From the NCBI GenBank assembly GCA_951406725.2, contig OX597832.1, positions 19,468,001 through 19,532,000 of the forward strand: DNA of 64,000 nt, given 5' to 3'. Positions 28,757 to 42,633 of this stretch are shown one piece after another. This DNA is from Octopus vulgaris (Eukaryota). The position numbers were made by a program, and so were the translations under genes. Below the pieces are notes generated by a model that was given only the letters and a program-made list of their open reading frames with translations, was not told the origin of the DNA and searched no databases. Positions within the stretch are counted from its first letter, which is position 1, and each line of letters starts with the position of its first letter.

Positions 28757-29432
28757 TGTATGCATAACGTGTGTGTATTTGTGTATGTGTGTAAGTATGT
28801 TTGGTATATGTATGTATGTATGTACGTATGTATGTATGTATGTATGTATGTATGTACGTATGTCTGTATGTATGTATGCATGTATGTATGTATGCATGCA
28901 TGTATGTATGTATGTACGTATGTATGCATGTATGTATGTATGTATGTATGCATGTATGTATGTATGTATGCATGTATGTATGCATGTATGTATGTATGCA
29001 TGTATGTATGTATGTACGTATGTATGTATATATGTACGTATGTATGTATGTATGTATGTATGTATATGTATGTATGTGTGTATGTATGTATGTATGTATG
29101 TATGCATGTATGTATGTATGCATGTATGTATGTATGTACGTATGTATGTATATATGTACGTATGTATGTATGTATGTATGTATGTATGTATATGTATGTA
29201 TGTGTGTATGTATGTATGTATGTATGTATGTATGTATGTATGTATGTATGTATTCATGTATGTATGCATGTATGTATGCATGTATGTATGTATGTATGTA
29301 TGCATGTATGCATGTATGTATGTATGTATGTATATGTATATGTATGTATGTGTGTATGTATGTATGTACGTATGTATGTATGTATGTATATGTATATGTA
29401 TATGTATGTGTGTATGTATGTATGTACGTATG
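28675..29432. repeat. (TA)n plus long (TATG)n array
   Basis: Direct reading; source of the 230-330 aa MYVC ORFs. Confidence 0.95.
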
Positions 29433-30017
29433 CTATACCGTGCTACTTCAGGAATTATTTCTGCAGGGCATTCTTACATGCCCTCGACACACAAAACCAT
29501 AACTTTTCTTTTTCCTTTTCTACAAATCCTATCCAAACACACTTCAGTTTAACATTCCCTCTCTTTTGCTCATTCCTTGCTCGCTCATTATCAATCTTTT
29601 GTTAATTCGCCATCTCCAAAACAACCTCTCACACAATAACTTCTACTCTCTCTCACTCCTCCTCATCCCTCTTTCTTACGCTCTTTCATTCTCACACTCT
29701 CTATCTTCTGTTTATCTCTCTTTCTCTCCCATATTGTCTCCCGCCTTACTCTCATTCTTCCGTTGTATTTTTTTATATGCCTTATATTCTTTCTCCCTAA
29801 CACTTTCTCCTTCTTTCCCTTTTTCAGACTTTTTGTCTCCCATTTCATGAGTCTCAATTTTTCTCCCTCTCCCTCTCTCTGCCAATCTTTAAATCTTTCT
29901 TACTCTCTCTTCATATTTTCTTCCCGAACTTGGTGTCTTTCTTTCACTCTCTCATATTCTCTGTCTCTCTACGAATTGTTGCTTTTTCCCCTCTCCATCA
30001 CCCCCTCTGTCTCTCCC

Positions 30018-30077
<60 letters not shown>

Positions 30078-30081
30078 TTAC

Positions 30082-30114
<33 letters not shown>

Positions 30115-30123
30115 ATATCTATA

Positions 30124-30175
<52 letters not shown>

Positions 30176-30780
30176 TGTATAGATAGATAGATAGATAGAT
30201 GGATTAATATATGCATACATACATGCCTATATACATGGGTGTGTGCGTTCGTGTGCATATAAACACACACATATACATACTATAAATATTTGTATATATA
30301 TGATTGTGTGATGTACGCGCACACACAAACATACGCAGAGACACGTACTGTATCTGTACGGCTGGGACATACACCATCTCTAATAGTAACAGCAAGCGTA
30401 ACAGCGTAGGAGACATTGACAAAACAATTTGACAGCAACAATAGCAACAACAGGAGCAACACAATGACCAACAACGGGAACAATAGCAACTACAACAATA
30501 TCATCGACAAGAAGAAAAAATATAAAGGAACAGCAGCAACAGCAGCAGCAGCAGAGAAATCGGCAGACAATCAGCTCTCAAGATTCTAAGGTCCATCGGG
30601 ACAGAATTTCAATACTGACGAATTTATGGCTTGAAATAACATAAATATAAACAGAATATACGTACGTTCGTATAGATATATACATACATATGTGCATAAA
30701 TTCGTACGTACCTGTGAATGTTTTTGTTTATGTACGAATACATGTATGAATGTAGTATGTATGTATGTATATATAACTTC

Positions 30781-30922
30781 ATGGCTGCATCAAACTCTCT
30801 CATGCACCAAATGTCAATTGCTAAAAAGCATTCGTGAAGTAAAATCCTGTAGCAACACCGAATGGCGGTGCCCCAGCATGGCCACAGCTCGTGTGCTGAA
30901 ACTAGATGAAATAAAATAAAAT
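30781..30922 (+). mobile_element. 3' end of CR1/L2-type LINE
   Basis: Near-identical to 42990-43100 (aattgctaaaaagcat...ggcggtgccccagcatggccacagctc...ctgaaactagat plus (AAAAT)n). Confidence 0.7.
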
Positions 30923-30940
30923 GTTTTAATTAAAATATAT

Positions 30941-31300
30941 ACTCTTTTACTCTTTTACTCTTTTACTTGCATTTGAATGTGGCCATGCTGGAGCACTGCT
31001 TTTGGTCGAGCAAATCGACCCCAGGGATTATTCTTTGTAAGCCTAGTACTTATTGTATCGGTCACTTTGCCGAACCGCTAAGTTACGAGGACAAACACAG
31101 ATACACAAACACACACACACACACACATACATACATACATATATACGACGGGCTTCTTTCAGTTTCCGTCTACCAAATCCACTCACATGGCTTTGGTCGG
31201 CCTGAGGCTATAGTAGAAGACACTTTCCCAAGGTGCCACGCAGTGGGACTGAACCCGGAATCATGTGATTCGTAAGCAAGCTACTTACCACACAGCCACT
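30941..31300 (-). mobile_element. SINE family A
   Basis: Reverse complement of the family A consensus with a (CTCTTTTA)n tail. Confidence 0.9.
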
Positions 31301-31541
31301 AAAAAAAACAAAAATACACCAATGTATCAAACTTTGAAAACAGAACAACCACTCTTACCTCAATGGCAACTCGTAAGGCCAAAGTGTTCAAATTAAGAAA
31401 ATCAAGGGGCCTCATGTCGTTTCGGGCCACATGGTCACAACTTTCTTCTGAATTTTGCCGAACAAAAGCTTTCCTAGATTCACGTAAGTGTAAGCACGTA
31501 AATCTTTCTCATGTTTCATTCGAGTAATAGTAGACTCCGAC

Positions 31542-31921
31542 GAGGTGCAATGGCCCAGTGGTTAGGGCAGCGGACTCGCGGTCGTAGGATCGCGGTTTCG
31601 ATTCCCAGACCGGGCGTTGTGAGTGTTTATTGAGCGAAAACACCTAAAGCTCCACGAGGCCATGGTAGGGGATGGTGGTGACACCTGCTGTACTCTTTCA
31701 CCATAACTTTCTCTCACTCTTTCTTCCTGTTTCTGTTGTACCTGTATTTCAAAGGGCCGGCCTTGTCACTCTCTGTGTCACGCTGAATATCCCCGAGAAC
31801 TACGTTAAGTGTACACGTGTCTGTGGAGTGCTCAGCCATTTGCACGTTAATTTCACGAGCAGGCTGTTCCGTTGGTCGGATCAACCGGAACCCTCATCGT
31901 CGTAACCGACGGAGTGCTTCC
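31542..31921 (+). mobile_element. SINE family B, full length, 11-bp TSD
   Basis: Near-identical to 18054-18434; flanks agtagactccg (31529-31539) and agtacactccg (31922-31932). Confidence 0.9.
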
Positions 31922-32449
31922 AGTACACTCCGCCATCTTGAGCTATTCAGCAATATATATCGATTCAATAATATTCTAACTGGTGATATCTTAGACATAT
32001 TGGACCAACCAACAATTCTGACGACATCTGACGGACGAGATTATTGCGTTCACATCGCCACAGATGACATAAGTCTTTGCTTGAAAATTTCCAGATCATT
32101 CCCGGCCCTGAAGAAGAAGTGTCCAGCCACGTTAAAAGAAACTAGTGATACCTGAATTACCGTGAATGACGATTAGATATATGGAGGTGATGTGTCACTT
32201 TATTGTACTTCTTCAGTCGGATTAGAACATGCCACTCTGAAAATGCCAATAAGTCTGAAAGAAATGAAAAAGTAAAAAAATTAAAACATGTCGTGTAACA
32301 TTACTTTCAAAACATGCTCACTTTCCGACTATAAGTCAGGAGAGCATGAGATAGAATGCTTCTCAATGGTCGAGTCTGCATTTAACCCAATAGCAATTAG
32401 GCAGACTGTACAGTGCAACTTAGAAGAAACTTGTCAAAGAATTCTCATA

Positions 32450-32578
32450 TGGCCAAGGGTGGTTGTGTGATAAGTAGCTTGCTTACCAACCACATGGTTC
32501 CTGGTTCATTCCCACATCGTGGCACCTTGGGCAAGTGTCTTCTACTATAGCCTTGGGCCGACCAGAACCTTGTGAGTG
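32450..32578 (+). mobile_element. SINE family A head only
   Basis: taagtagcttgcttaccaaccacatggttcc...ggcaccttgggcaagtgtcttctactatagcc. Confidence 0.85.
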
Positions 32579-32848
32579 CAATTTACGCGTGGTGAACACA
32601 GTTCACGTCAAACAGCTGACTGAGTAAAGTTCACTATTCAATGCATGGGATAAGGCCTAAACAAACACATTATCGATTTTTGCACTTGCGAGATGAAATT
32701 CGGAACAGAAATAGCGCATTTCAATTTTCATTTGCCTAAACTTTAAGAGACCCATTTTTGGTGGTTCTACGATTTGTTGGCTAGGAGGAGATGTGCCGGG
32801 AAGTTAAACACACAGACACACAAACAGATACACACACAGACACACACA

Positions 32849-33680
<832 letters not shown>

Positions 33681-34106
33681 GGATGCATAAACAACATATA
33701 TGCAAAATATTATATAAACATTTGAAAGCATATACGTAAATACGCAAATATTTCATAATTATATTTTACTCTACAAATATAACTGTTTTTCGTTCTAGTT
33801 TAAGTGTTTATATACAAGTATTTATATACATGGCTTAGTGGTTACGACGTTCCTGTTCCCGAATGTATAATCGTGGTTTCGATTCCTGGACAGGTGTTCG
33901 TGAGCGAAACATTTTATCTCATATTATTTCGTCCATTGCCGTAGATGAGTGACCATTTGAGGGACGGATGTTTTTTTCAGTCGGATGGTGACCTTTATGC
34001 CTAGCAAATGGGATGAAATCATTGTAGATTCAAATCAATGGGCGAATGCGCAATAAAAACAGCTGTGTATAAGAACGTCCATCAGTCTAATCGATAGAGA
34101 GATAGG

Positions 34107-34215
34107 AAGGGCTTCAGAAAAGTTCCTGGTTTTGGGTAAAGAAAAATACAAGAGGATCAGTGAATTATGCTTGTATTCAAACTCACATTTTAGATTCACA
34201 CTTGTTGCAGCGATA
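34107..34215. mobile_element. Possible mariner terminal fragment
   Basis: gaaggggcttcagaaaagttcctgg resembles a mariner TIR (compare cgaggtggtttcaaaacgttcccgg at 35956). Confidence 0.35.
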
Positions 34216-34285
34216 CACTTGAAGGCAGGAACATGTTATCAGCCCATACATACGTACATACATATATACATACATACATACATAC

Positions 34286-34451
34286 AGGTGCAGGAGTGGC
34301 TCTGTAGTAAGTAGCTTGCTTACCAACCATATGGTTCCGGATTCAGTCTAACTGCATGTCAACTTAGACAAGTGTCTTCTAATATAGCCTCGGGCCGACC
34401 AAAGCTTTGTGAGTGGATTTGGTAGACGGAAACTGAAAGAAGCCCGTCGTA

Positions 34452-34525
<74 letters not shown>

Positions 34526-34642
34526 TGTATATGTTTATGTGTCTGTGTTTGCACCCCTCCAACGTCTCTTGACAACCGATGGTGGTGTGTTTAAATCCCC
34601 GTAAATTAGCGGTTCGGCAAAAGAGACCGATAGAATAAGTAC

Positions 34643-34645
<3 letters not shown>
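34286..34645 (+). mobile_element. SINE family A, cut off at (GA)n
   Basis: Head and body intact up to gaataagtactag. Confidence 0.9.
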
Positions 34646-34676
<31 letters not shown>

Positions 34677-34684
<8 letters not shown>

Positions 34685-34850
34685 GAAAAACACAAAAGAT
34701 AAAGACAGGTGGTGTAGAAAACAAACAGATGTATTAGTATAATGCTCAGGAATTGAAAAAGTCTTTAACGTTTTGAGCCTACGCTCTTCTACAGAAAGGA
34801 ACATAGAAAGAAACAGGGAAAGAAAAATGTGTGCACTGGCTACCGATCTA
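34677..34850 (-). mobile_element. Penelope-like terminal fragment with hammerhead-like motif (34763-34798)
   Basis: Paralogue of 16511-16690; CUUU CUGUAGA A GAGC-GUAG-GCUC AAAAC GUU AAAG (G12 mutated). Confidence 0.6.
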
Positions 34851-35894
34851 TCATTTATATGTATATATATTATCTATATATTTATGTATGTATATATATA
34901 TATATTTGTGTGTGTTTGTGTGCGTATGTGCTCGTGTGTGTGTATGTGGACCTTTACAGCAAAGAACAAATCCAAGGATGAATACAGAGCAACAAGAAAA
35001 AACAAAAGCATTTAGAGCAACAACAACCCCAAAAAAAAATTTGGAAAAAAGAAAAAAAATGCGACAATGACCTCCGTGATGATGATGACGATGGTAATGA
35101 CGATGATGATGATGATGATGATGATGGTGAACATCATCATCATCATCATCATCAAGGTCGTCGCCAGTGACATCATCATCATCGTTATCAGCATCATCAC
35201 GAGCGGTGACAGTGGCATTAGCAGCAGCAACTGGTTCAATTACTGTCAAGGTATGATTATTGGTGAGAATAACAGGTGTGATCTTGTTGATGGTGGTGGC
35301 GGAGGGAGCAGCAATTATAGGGCGTCTTAGCCTGTTTCCGACAGAAAAAAGGTTCAATTTGTCTGAGTGACGCCAGCGTTTAACGTACGCATCCAAATCC
35401 GACGACCTAACTTACATATATGCTTAAATGCATTCGTACACACAGACACTCACACGCACACACATACACATAATTATATATACGAACCTCTGTGTGTTTT
35501 CGTATATGTGTTTTATGTATATTTGAGTGCTTGTATAAATGTGTATACAGAAAAACATGTACACACTCATCCTAGTATAATTATATATATATATGTGTGT
35601 GTGCATGTACGTATATATATGTTTGTGTTTTCAAATTTTGTATTTTGACATATATATGTATACTCATACATAGATAAATACGTACAGGTATATATGTTAC
35701 ACGGATATATATCTACATACGCTTTCATATGCTAACTCACAAATGTATATACACACGAAATGTGTGCTAGTAACCTACAAATGTATTTTAATAGTGTTTC
35801 TGAAATCCTATTAATGGTATTTTAAGGCTAATATGCGTTTGTAAGTGCATGTATCTATCTATCATTTTATCTATCTATCTATTTATCTTTCTAT

Positions 35895-35928
<34 letters not shown>

Positions 35929-35955
35929 GCACACACACACACAAACACAGACGCC

Positions 35956-36837
35956 CGAGGTGGTTTCAAAACGTTCCCGGACTAGTTCTGTAGCGCGCCA
36001 ACAGCTGGCAGCCCACGGTTGCGTGAGCATTGAGATCTAGCAGTAACCTTCATGAGGCAGTGTTCCGAGTGACATTGCTGTGCTTTATTCACAAGCTGTG
36101 TCTTTCTTATCACGTGTATGCTGTAGTCTGCGATTTTGTTATGGACTGCAACAAAGATCTACCGTGAAAATTTGCATTAATCTTGAAATGTTTGGTACAG
36201 AGACATTTAGCATACTTCTTCAAGGTTACGGCAACGAAATAATGAGTTGTGCGCAATGTTTTGAGTTGCATGGGTTCTTCAAAAGTAGAAGAACGTCTCT
36301 AGAATGCGACGAGCGATCTGGAAGACCTGCAACGAGATTCACACATTTTAAAATGTGGTAGAGTTAATCGAGAATTCGCTCCCTATCAATCGAGAGTTCT
36401 AGGGCAACGTTTGAGGGAGGACATTCGGCGAAAGCGGCCTGATCTGTGGAGCGCGAAGAATTAGATACTTCAAGACAACATCGCGCTCCATCACTAAGCA
36501 TTCCTCTCCCGTGAGTTTCTCGCCAAAACAACATGGCGTTGCTTCCGCATCCGCCCTATTCGCCAGATTTAGCACCCACAGATTTCCGTCCCCGGCCAAG
36601 ACGAAAATGCAACTCAGAGGTTGCCATTTTAACACCATCGTGGAGATCCGGAGCGAATCTCAGAAAGTTCTCCACTCGCTCACAGAAAACTACTTTGAGG
36701 CTGGGGACAGGAACGCTGGGACCAGTATATTGCTGTGCAAGTTATCTATTTCGAAGGATATGATCTTAAAACTTAGGTAAATAAGTTAGTTTTTTACCAA
36801 ACATAACTAGTACTGGACTTTTTTTAATACCAACTCG
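35956..36837 (+). mobile_element. Internally deleted, decayed mariner transposon
   Basis: Degenerate TIRs (cgaggtggtttcaaaacgttcccggactagtt / aactagtactggacttttttaataccaactcg + TA); N-terminal QR..KIC...TETF...YG...MS..QCFE...FKS.RTSLECDERSGRP and C-terminal HPPYSPDLAPTDF motifs. Confidence 0.9.
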
Positions 36838-37074
36838 TATTGTCGATCGCACATACTCAAACTATGTTTCTTGTTTCTTTCACCGGTGCGCTGCAGTACA
36901 ACGCTTTAGCAACAAGCGAAACAACTTGCTTCCAGTACCATCCAGGAGAGACATATACCAATATTCCGCCACTTTTGTGACTTCTCAAAAGCACATATCT
37001 GAATCGAACTTTTGTACTTACACTGTTTGTATACAGTCTCAGACTGGCGAATCACTTCGTCGCCGGTTCGATTC

Positions 37075-37123
37075 ATTAAGCTAAACGATTAGTAAGCTAA
37101 ACGATTAGTAAGCTAAACGATTA
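37075..37123. repeat. 16-bp tandem repeat x3 (taagctaaacgattag)
   Basis: Direct reading. Confidence 0.9.
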
Positions 37124-37291
37124 TACGCTGGTGAATTCCTCCATATAGTCTTGTGTAAGCCAGTTGGGGAGAACTCAATGAGTGTTTCATTTTTTTTTAG
37201 TTTGTAAAGGTTTGTTATGCGATTTATGGCTGCTGACAAACATAACTACATTTTCCATACGTTTTTCCTCCATACATACATACGCATTTAT

Positions 37292-37313
37292 ATCTATATA
37301 TATAAAACTGAGA

Positions 37314-37350
<37 letters not shown>

Positions 37351-37500
37351 TGTCTGACTGTGTGTCTGTCTGTGTGTCTGTATGCGTGCATCACTGCTAA
37401 AATTCAAGAACTACCCAATCGATTTCATTCACATTTTACACATTACTTACTTAGGGTCCATTCAGTGCCATAGGCCCAAATGTTTTCTTCTTGCCTAACG
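37292..37500 (+). mobile_element. Helitron-like 5' end
   Basis: atctatatatataaaactgagaat(GT)n(CTGT)n...aatcgatttcattcacattttacac, a layout typical of invertebrate non-autonomous Helitrons. Confidence 0.45.
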
Positions 37501-38202
37501 CGAGCCCGGAGAATTTCGTATACTGCGAATTTCGTATACTTACGAAAGGACCAACCGCAAAAAATAAAATATGGCGTTCAAACGAGGAAGTGTTACCGAG
37601 TTGCTAAATATCATTTATTGTAGTCACACGAGAAAATATTACGAGTAAATTACGTATTTATCTTACATTAATTTAGAAGACTGATAATTCGTATGTCTTG
37701 TCAATGTGGTTCACTGCGACAGTAAATCAGTTTGATTCGCCACATCAATCAGTGTACGAAAATAATATTAAGATAATTGTGTTTCATAACAAGACATGAA
37801 TATGTTTATTCGTGTGTCATCGCTTGTTACAAATAGGAAAAAACAATTTGAATAAAGTGTGAGATACAAGTATGAGATCCTTATCTTCTCCATTGAACCA
37901 TATCGTCTTGCAGTAGCAACAAGGAAACACGAAGAACAAAAGTACTCACACACACAAACACACACATATACTTATATATTTAGGGCAATTAGTACACATA
38001 TTATCTTACATAACCTATGGTAATAGCGATAGCTTTGAAGAAAAATGGGTTGATTGATAGTCAGTGATGTAGACATACGCTGACAGACGTAGACAGATAG
38101 ATCTATATATGAGATTGGTTACAGATATGAAAACTTAACATACATTGAGTAGAAATGTAGACATGAAAACCCTCAAGCATATACACACGGGCGCACATTT
38201 AA

Positions 38203-38286
38203 CTGTCTTATCTATGTCTTATCTATGTCTTATCTTTGTCTTATCTATGTCTTATCTATGTCTTATCTTTGTCTTATCTTTGTCTC
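38203..38286. repeat. 11-bp minisatellite (tgtcttatcta/t), about 7.5 copies
   Basis: Direct reading. Confidence 0.9.
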
Positions 38287-38737
38287 ATATATACAGGGTG
38301 CGGTGAATAAACTGTCGTCTAAATTACGCAAAAATGAAAATAACACTGACATCTCGTTTTTACAGATATATTTACGAAAATTACATTAAAAATATCTTGA
38401 AATCCGAATGTAAATAATTTTCCTGTCGATAGGAACGAAAATTTTAACTGCCCTGAGAATAATTGATAATTTTCTCTTGTGATGACATCATTGTGTCGAT
38501 GACTCTTATTCAAGCAGAAACGCATGCTCACAGAAGTTTTCATATTGTGCCAACCATTTCAAAACATTCAGGTTTCGCTCAATGGCAAATTAAATGAAAT
38601 GACCGCTGTGGTTCTTTGAAATTATTCTTCCTTCCAATTTGTAATCGAGAGCAACAACTGCTCGGTCTTCTTTGACATTCCCCTGAGACGAAGACAATTT
38701 TAAGAAATCAAGAAAACATATTGTACATATAATCAGT

Positions 38738-38920
38738 TCTTCTCTAGGCACAAGGCCTGAAATTAGGTCGACTCCAGTACGTAACTGGTACTTAATTTAT
38801 CGACCCCGAAAGGATGAAAGGCAAAGTCAACCTCAGCGAAATTTGAACTCAGAACGTAAAGAAAGACTAAATACTGTTAAGCATTTCGCCCGGCGTGCCA
38901 AAGTTTCTGCCAGCTCGCCG
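38738..38920 (-). mobile_element. SINE family C monomer
   Basis: Reverse complement of the family C consensus. Confidence 0.85.
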
Positions 38921-38960
38921 TATTTAATGTAAAGGTGAATTTAATACATATTACATTTAA

Positions 38961-39147
38961 GGCGGCGAGCTGGCAGAAACGTTAGCACGCCGGGCGAAAT
39001 GCTTTGCGGTATTTCGTTTGCCGCTACGTTCTGAGTTCAAATTCTGCCGTGGTCGACTTTGCCTTTCATCCTTTCGGGGTTGATTAAATAAGTACCAGTT
39101 ACGCACTGGGGTCGTGTTTAGCCCCTTGTGGATAGTAAAGAAATAGG
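38961..39147 (+). mobile_element. SINE family C, head-to-head with the previous copy
   Basis: ggcggcgagctggcagaaacgttagcacgccgggcg...gcctttcatcctttcgggg. Confidence 0.9.
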
Positions 39148-39287
39148 TGTGTGTATGTGTGTGTGTCCGTAACTTAAAGAATCGGCAAAGGACACCAACA
39201 AAATAAGAAACAAATTTTAAAAATCTTTATCTACTGGGTTCGTTTTTACCGTTAGACGGCTGAGAACTAAGAGAGAAGCTAACGGCA

Positions 39288-39399
39288 TAGATAAACTGAT
39301 AGACATATAGATAGATAGATAGATAAAGAGATAGAGAATGTTAGAGAGAGACTGAGAGACAGGCAGACAGATAGATAGTTAGAGAGAGAGAGAGAGAAG

Positions 39400-39438
<39 letters not shown>

Positions 39439-39538
39439 GCATTTAGATAGATAAATAGAGGGATAGCTAGATAGGTAGACAGTCTCAGACAGACAGATAG
39501 ACAAACAGACAGATATACAGACAGACAGATAGATAGAT
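39288..39538. repeat. (GATA)n/(GACA)n/(GA)n array
   Basis: Direct reading. Confidence 0.9.
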
Positions 39539-40445
39539 TACTACCTCCTTACAAACGTGAATAATGAATGCATGCTTACATATGTGTGTATTAGGGTGTT
39601 TGCATGCACACAAGAATACAAACATTCATAAAAACACACACACATATCTATTCAATACTAATAATCAGTGATATACGAATTGTCTTGTAATGATTCACAG
39701 ATTTGCACACGCATGCTCCACTCCATCTTCCGTACGGCGCAATAAAACTCTAATGCATACACGGATACTTCTCCACCACACGAATCTCATCAAACGCAAA
39801 TACATGAGATAGATTTAAACAAGGAGGCGAGTTATCATCAATCTGTTGGAAGCCAATAGCTTATATTTGAAATCAACCTTAATATACAAACATTTCCGGT
39901 CGCAATTTCTCGGTTCTACTAAAGGCAATCTTTAGCATACTGGCAGCAGTAGAAGCAGCAGCGGCAGCAGCAGCGGTATGATCAGTTACAATAATGGCAG
40001 TGGCAGTAGTAGTAGTAGTAGTAGTAGCAGTAGTATCAGTGGTAGCAGTAGCAGCAGCAGTATCTGCTGCAGTAATAGATGTAAAGTTTTGCCAATTTTG
40101 TTTATGAGAGGAACTTTACTAGATTTCAGAAAACCAAGGACCTGCACGCACATATGCATACACACTTGCCCCATAATCACGCACACACACATACACACAA
40201 ATATATATATATATATACATATATGTACATTTATATGTACATACATATATATATGTATACATATATACATATATATATGTGTATATATACATATATACAG
40301 ATATATCAATGTATATATATATATATATACATATATGTATATATATATATGTATATGTGTATATGTATATATAGATACATACATACATACATACATGCAC
40401 ACATACATACATGCACACATACATAGATATATGTATCTATCTATC

Positions 40446-40477
<32 letters not shown>

Positions 40478-40805
40478 CATCCTTATATACGTATGTATAT
40501 ATACATACATACTTACGTATGAATGGATACTTGAGTGAGTATATGTGAATGTATGTATGCGTGTATATGTGAGTGTTCGTGCTTCTCGTGAATGTGAGTT
40601 TGTTTGTGTGTTTGTGTGCGCATGCGTTAGTATGTGTGCGTGATTCGGCCATTGGACTCTGTAAATTACGAAACGTTTGACTAAAGCGTGTTCATCATGA
40701 ATCTAAAGAGAAAACAGCGTAAGTGGCTTGTAATTTAGCGATATTGGAAATGAAGCTGATCAAATCATATTTCCAATCCTCTTCGTACCACTTTTATTTT
40801 TATTC

Positions 40806-41800
40806 TCATCATCATCATCATCATCAACATCATCATCATCATCATCTCCACCTCCACCACCAACATCGACAATAACAACTTTCATACCACCGCCGCCCCC
40901 ACCTCCACCACCACCACCACCACCACCACCACCACCATCATTATCATCATCGTTTTCGTCGTCATTACCATGACTACCACCATCATCACAACCACCATCG
41001 TCATCACCATCATCATCGTCATCATTGTCATCACTACCACCATCATGATGATCATGATCTTGATCATCATCATCTTCATCATCATCATCTTCATCATCAT
41101 CATCATCATCATGAACGCAACACCACCGCCACCACTGACATCATCTTCATCATTATCACAGTTGGCCACCATAACCTCGACCGCAATCATCATCAACATC
41201 ATTATCATTACGACGACTGACACCATCGTAATCTTCATCACGAGTATCACCATCTTAACCCTCATCATCAGCAGCAGCTGTAGCCACAGTATAAGACCCA
41301 CCAGTACCTTTGATATCAACATCATCATCGCCATCCTTATCACGGTCATATCCTCCTCCACCACCACCACCACCACCACCACTACCAGCGACAACAACAT
41401 CTACGGCACCCGTAGCAACATTATCTTCGTCTTCAGTGTCTCCACCACCAGCACCATCAACATCGCCGTCATTATCATCAACATCATCATCATCAGTTTC
41501 TTTATCATAATCATAATCATCATCATCACTACGACCGCCAACAAATTGTCGCCACCGCCGCCACCTACGCGTCTTCTACTCAAGCGACCATCACCACCAC
41601 CACCACCACCGCTACGATCAACACCACCACCACCATCACCACCACTACCACTACCACCACCACCACCACCATTACCACCACCAACACCACCAACACCAAC
41701 AACAACAGCACCACCACCACCACCACCACCACCAACAACAACACACAACAACAACAACACCGCCATCATCATCATCATCATCATCAATGCAATCACCATC
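40806..41800. repeat. Mosaic (CAT)n/(CAC)n/(CAA)n trinucleotide region
   Basis: Direct reading; yields low-complexity I/T/P ORFs. Confidence 0.9.
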
Positions 41801-42169
41801 CACAGCAGATGAGTCATCTCGCTATTCAGTTCAGTTCATTTTCCTGCCCCACTTTGCACCACCCGATCAGGTCAATCGTCCAACGTTAAACCAGCCTTGT
41901 TATGAATAATGATGCCTTTCATTGGCGTGCGGCCCAGATATTTTAGTACACGTAGAGTGTAGTCTACGAATTTGATCCCGAAACCACCAGGAAAAAAACA
42001 AAGATTCCTGATATTTCATTAGACTCTCAACACGGTACTAAAATTCATTTAACGTTTGGCTGTCGCAGAAATAAATAGATGCTGGTCTTCGGATCATCAA
42101 AATCATATTAGAAAGAGAGATGTAATGAGAGTGAGAGGAGGAGGGCCAGAGAGAGCAAATATGTACATA

Positions 42170-42570
42170 GTATTCAATTTCATTATTTACATTATTTACA
42201 TTTGACGGATATTTGTCCTCATCTTGTCTGTTGTTAATATAACGTTTAGCTGATATACACTCCAGCCTTCATCAGGTGTCTTGGGAAAATTCCGAACCTG
42301 GGTTCTCATTCCTAAATGGTATTTTTTCGATGTTGTTGTTGTTGTTATTCTTATTCTTATTCTTTTTCTTCTTATTATTATTGAGTGAGTGAGAGAGCAG
42401 TGCATGCCATCAAAATGACACTGGGGTAAAATATACGAAGCCCAGTATACCCATCATGACTACATGTCTGATAAGGGTACACCAGGCACATGCATCACAA
42501 CCATATGTGCGCGACATGGTGATCTCATATCAAGATAAACAGCACATGACCTTACAGGTGGTTATTATTA

Positions 42571-42633
<63 letters not shown>

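Noticed and set aside
28616-29605. 230-330 aa ORFs (MYVC/HTYI repeats)
   Set aside because: Translations of (TATG)n, open in several frames on both strands.
31930-32470. ORF-like unique stretch (possible piggyBac N-terminus or exon)
   Set aside because: No diagnostic motif, TIR or splice signals identified.
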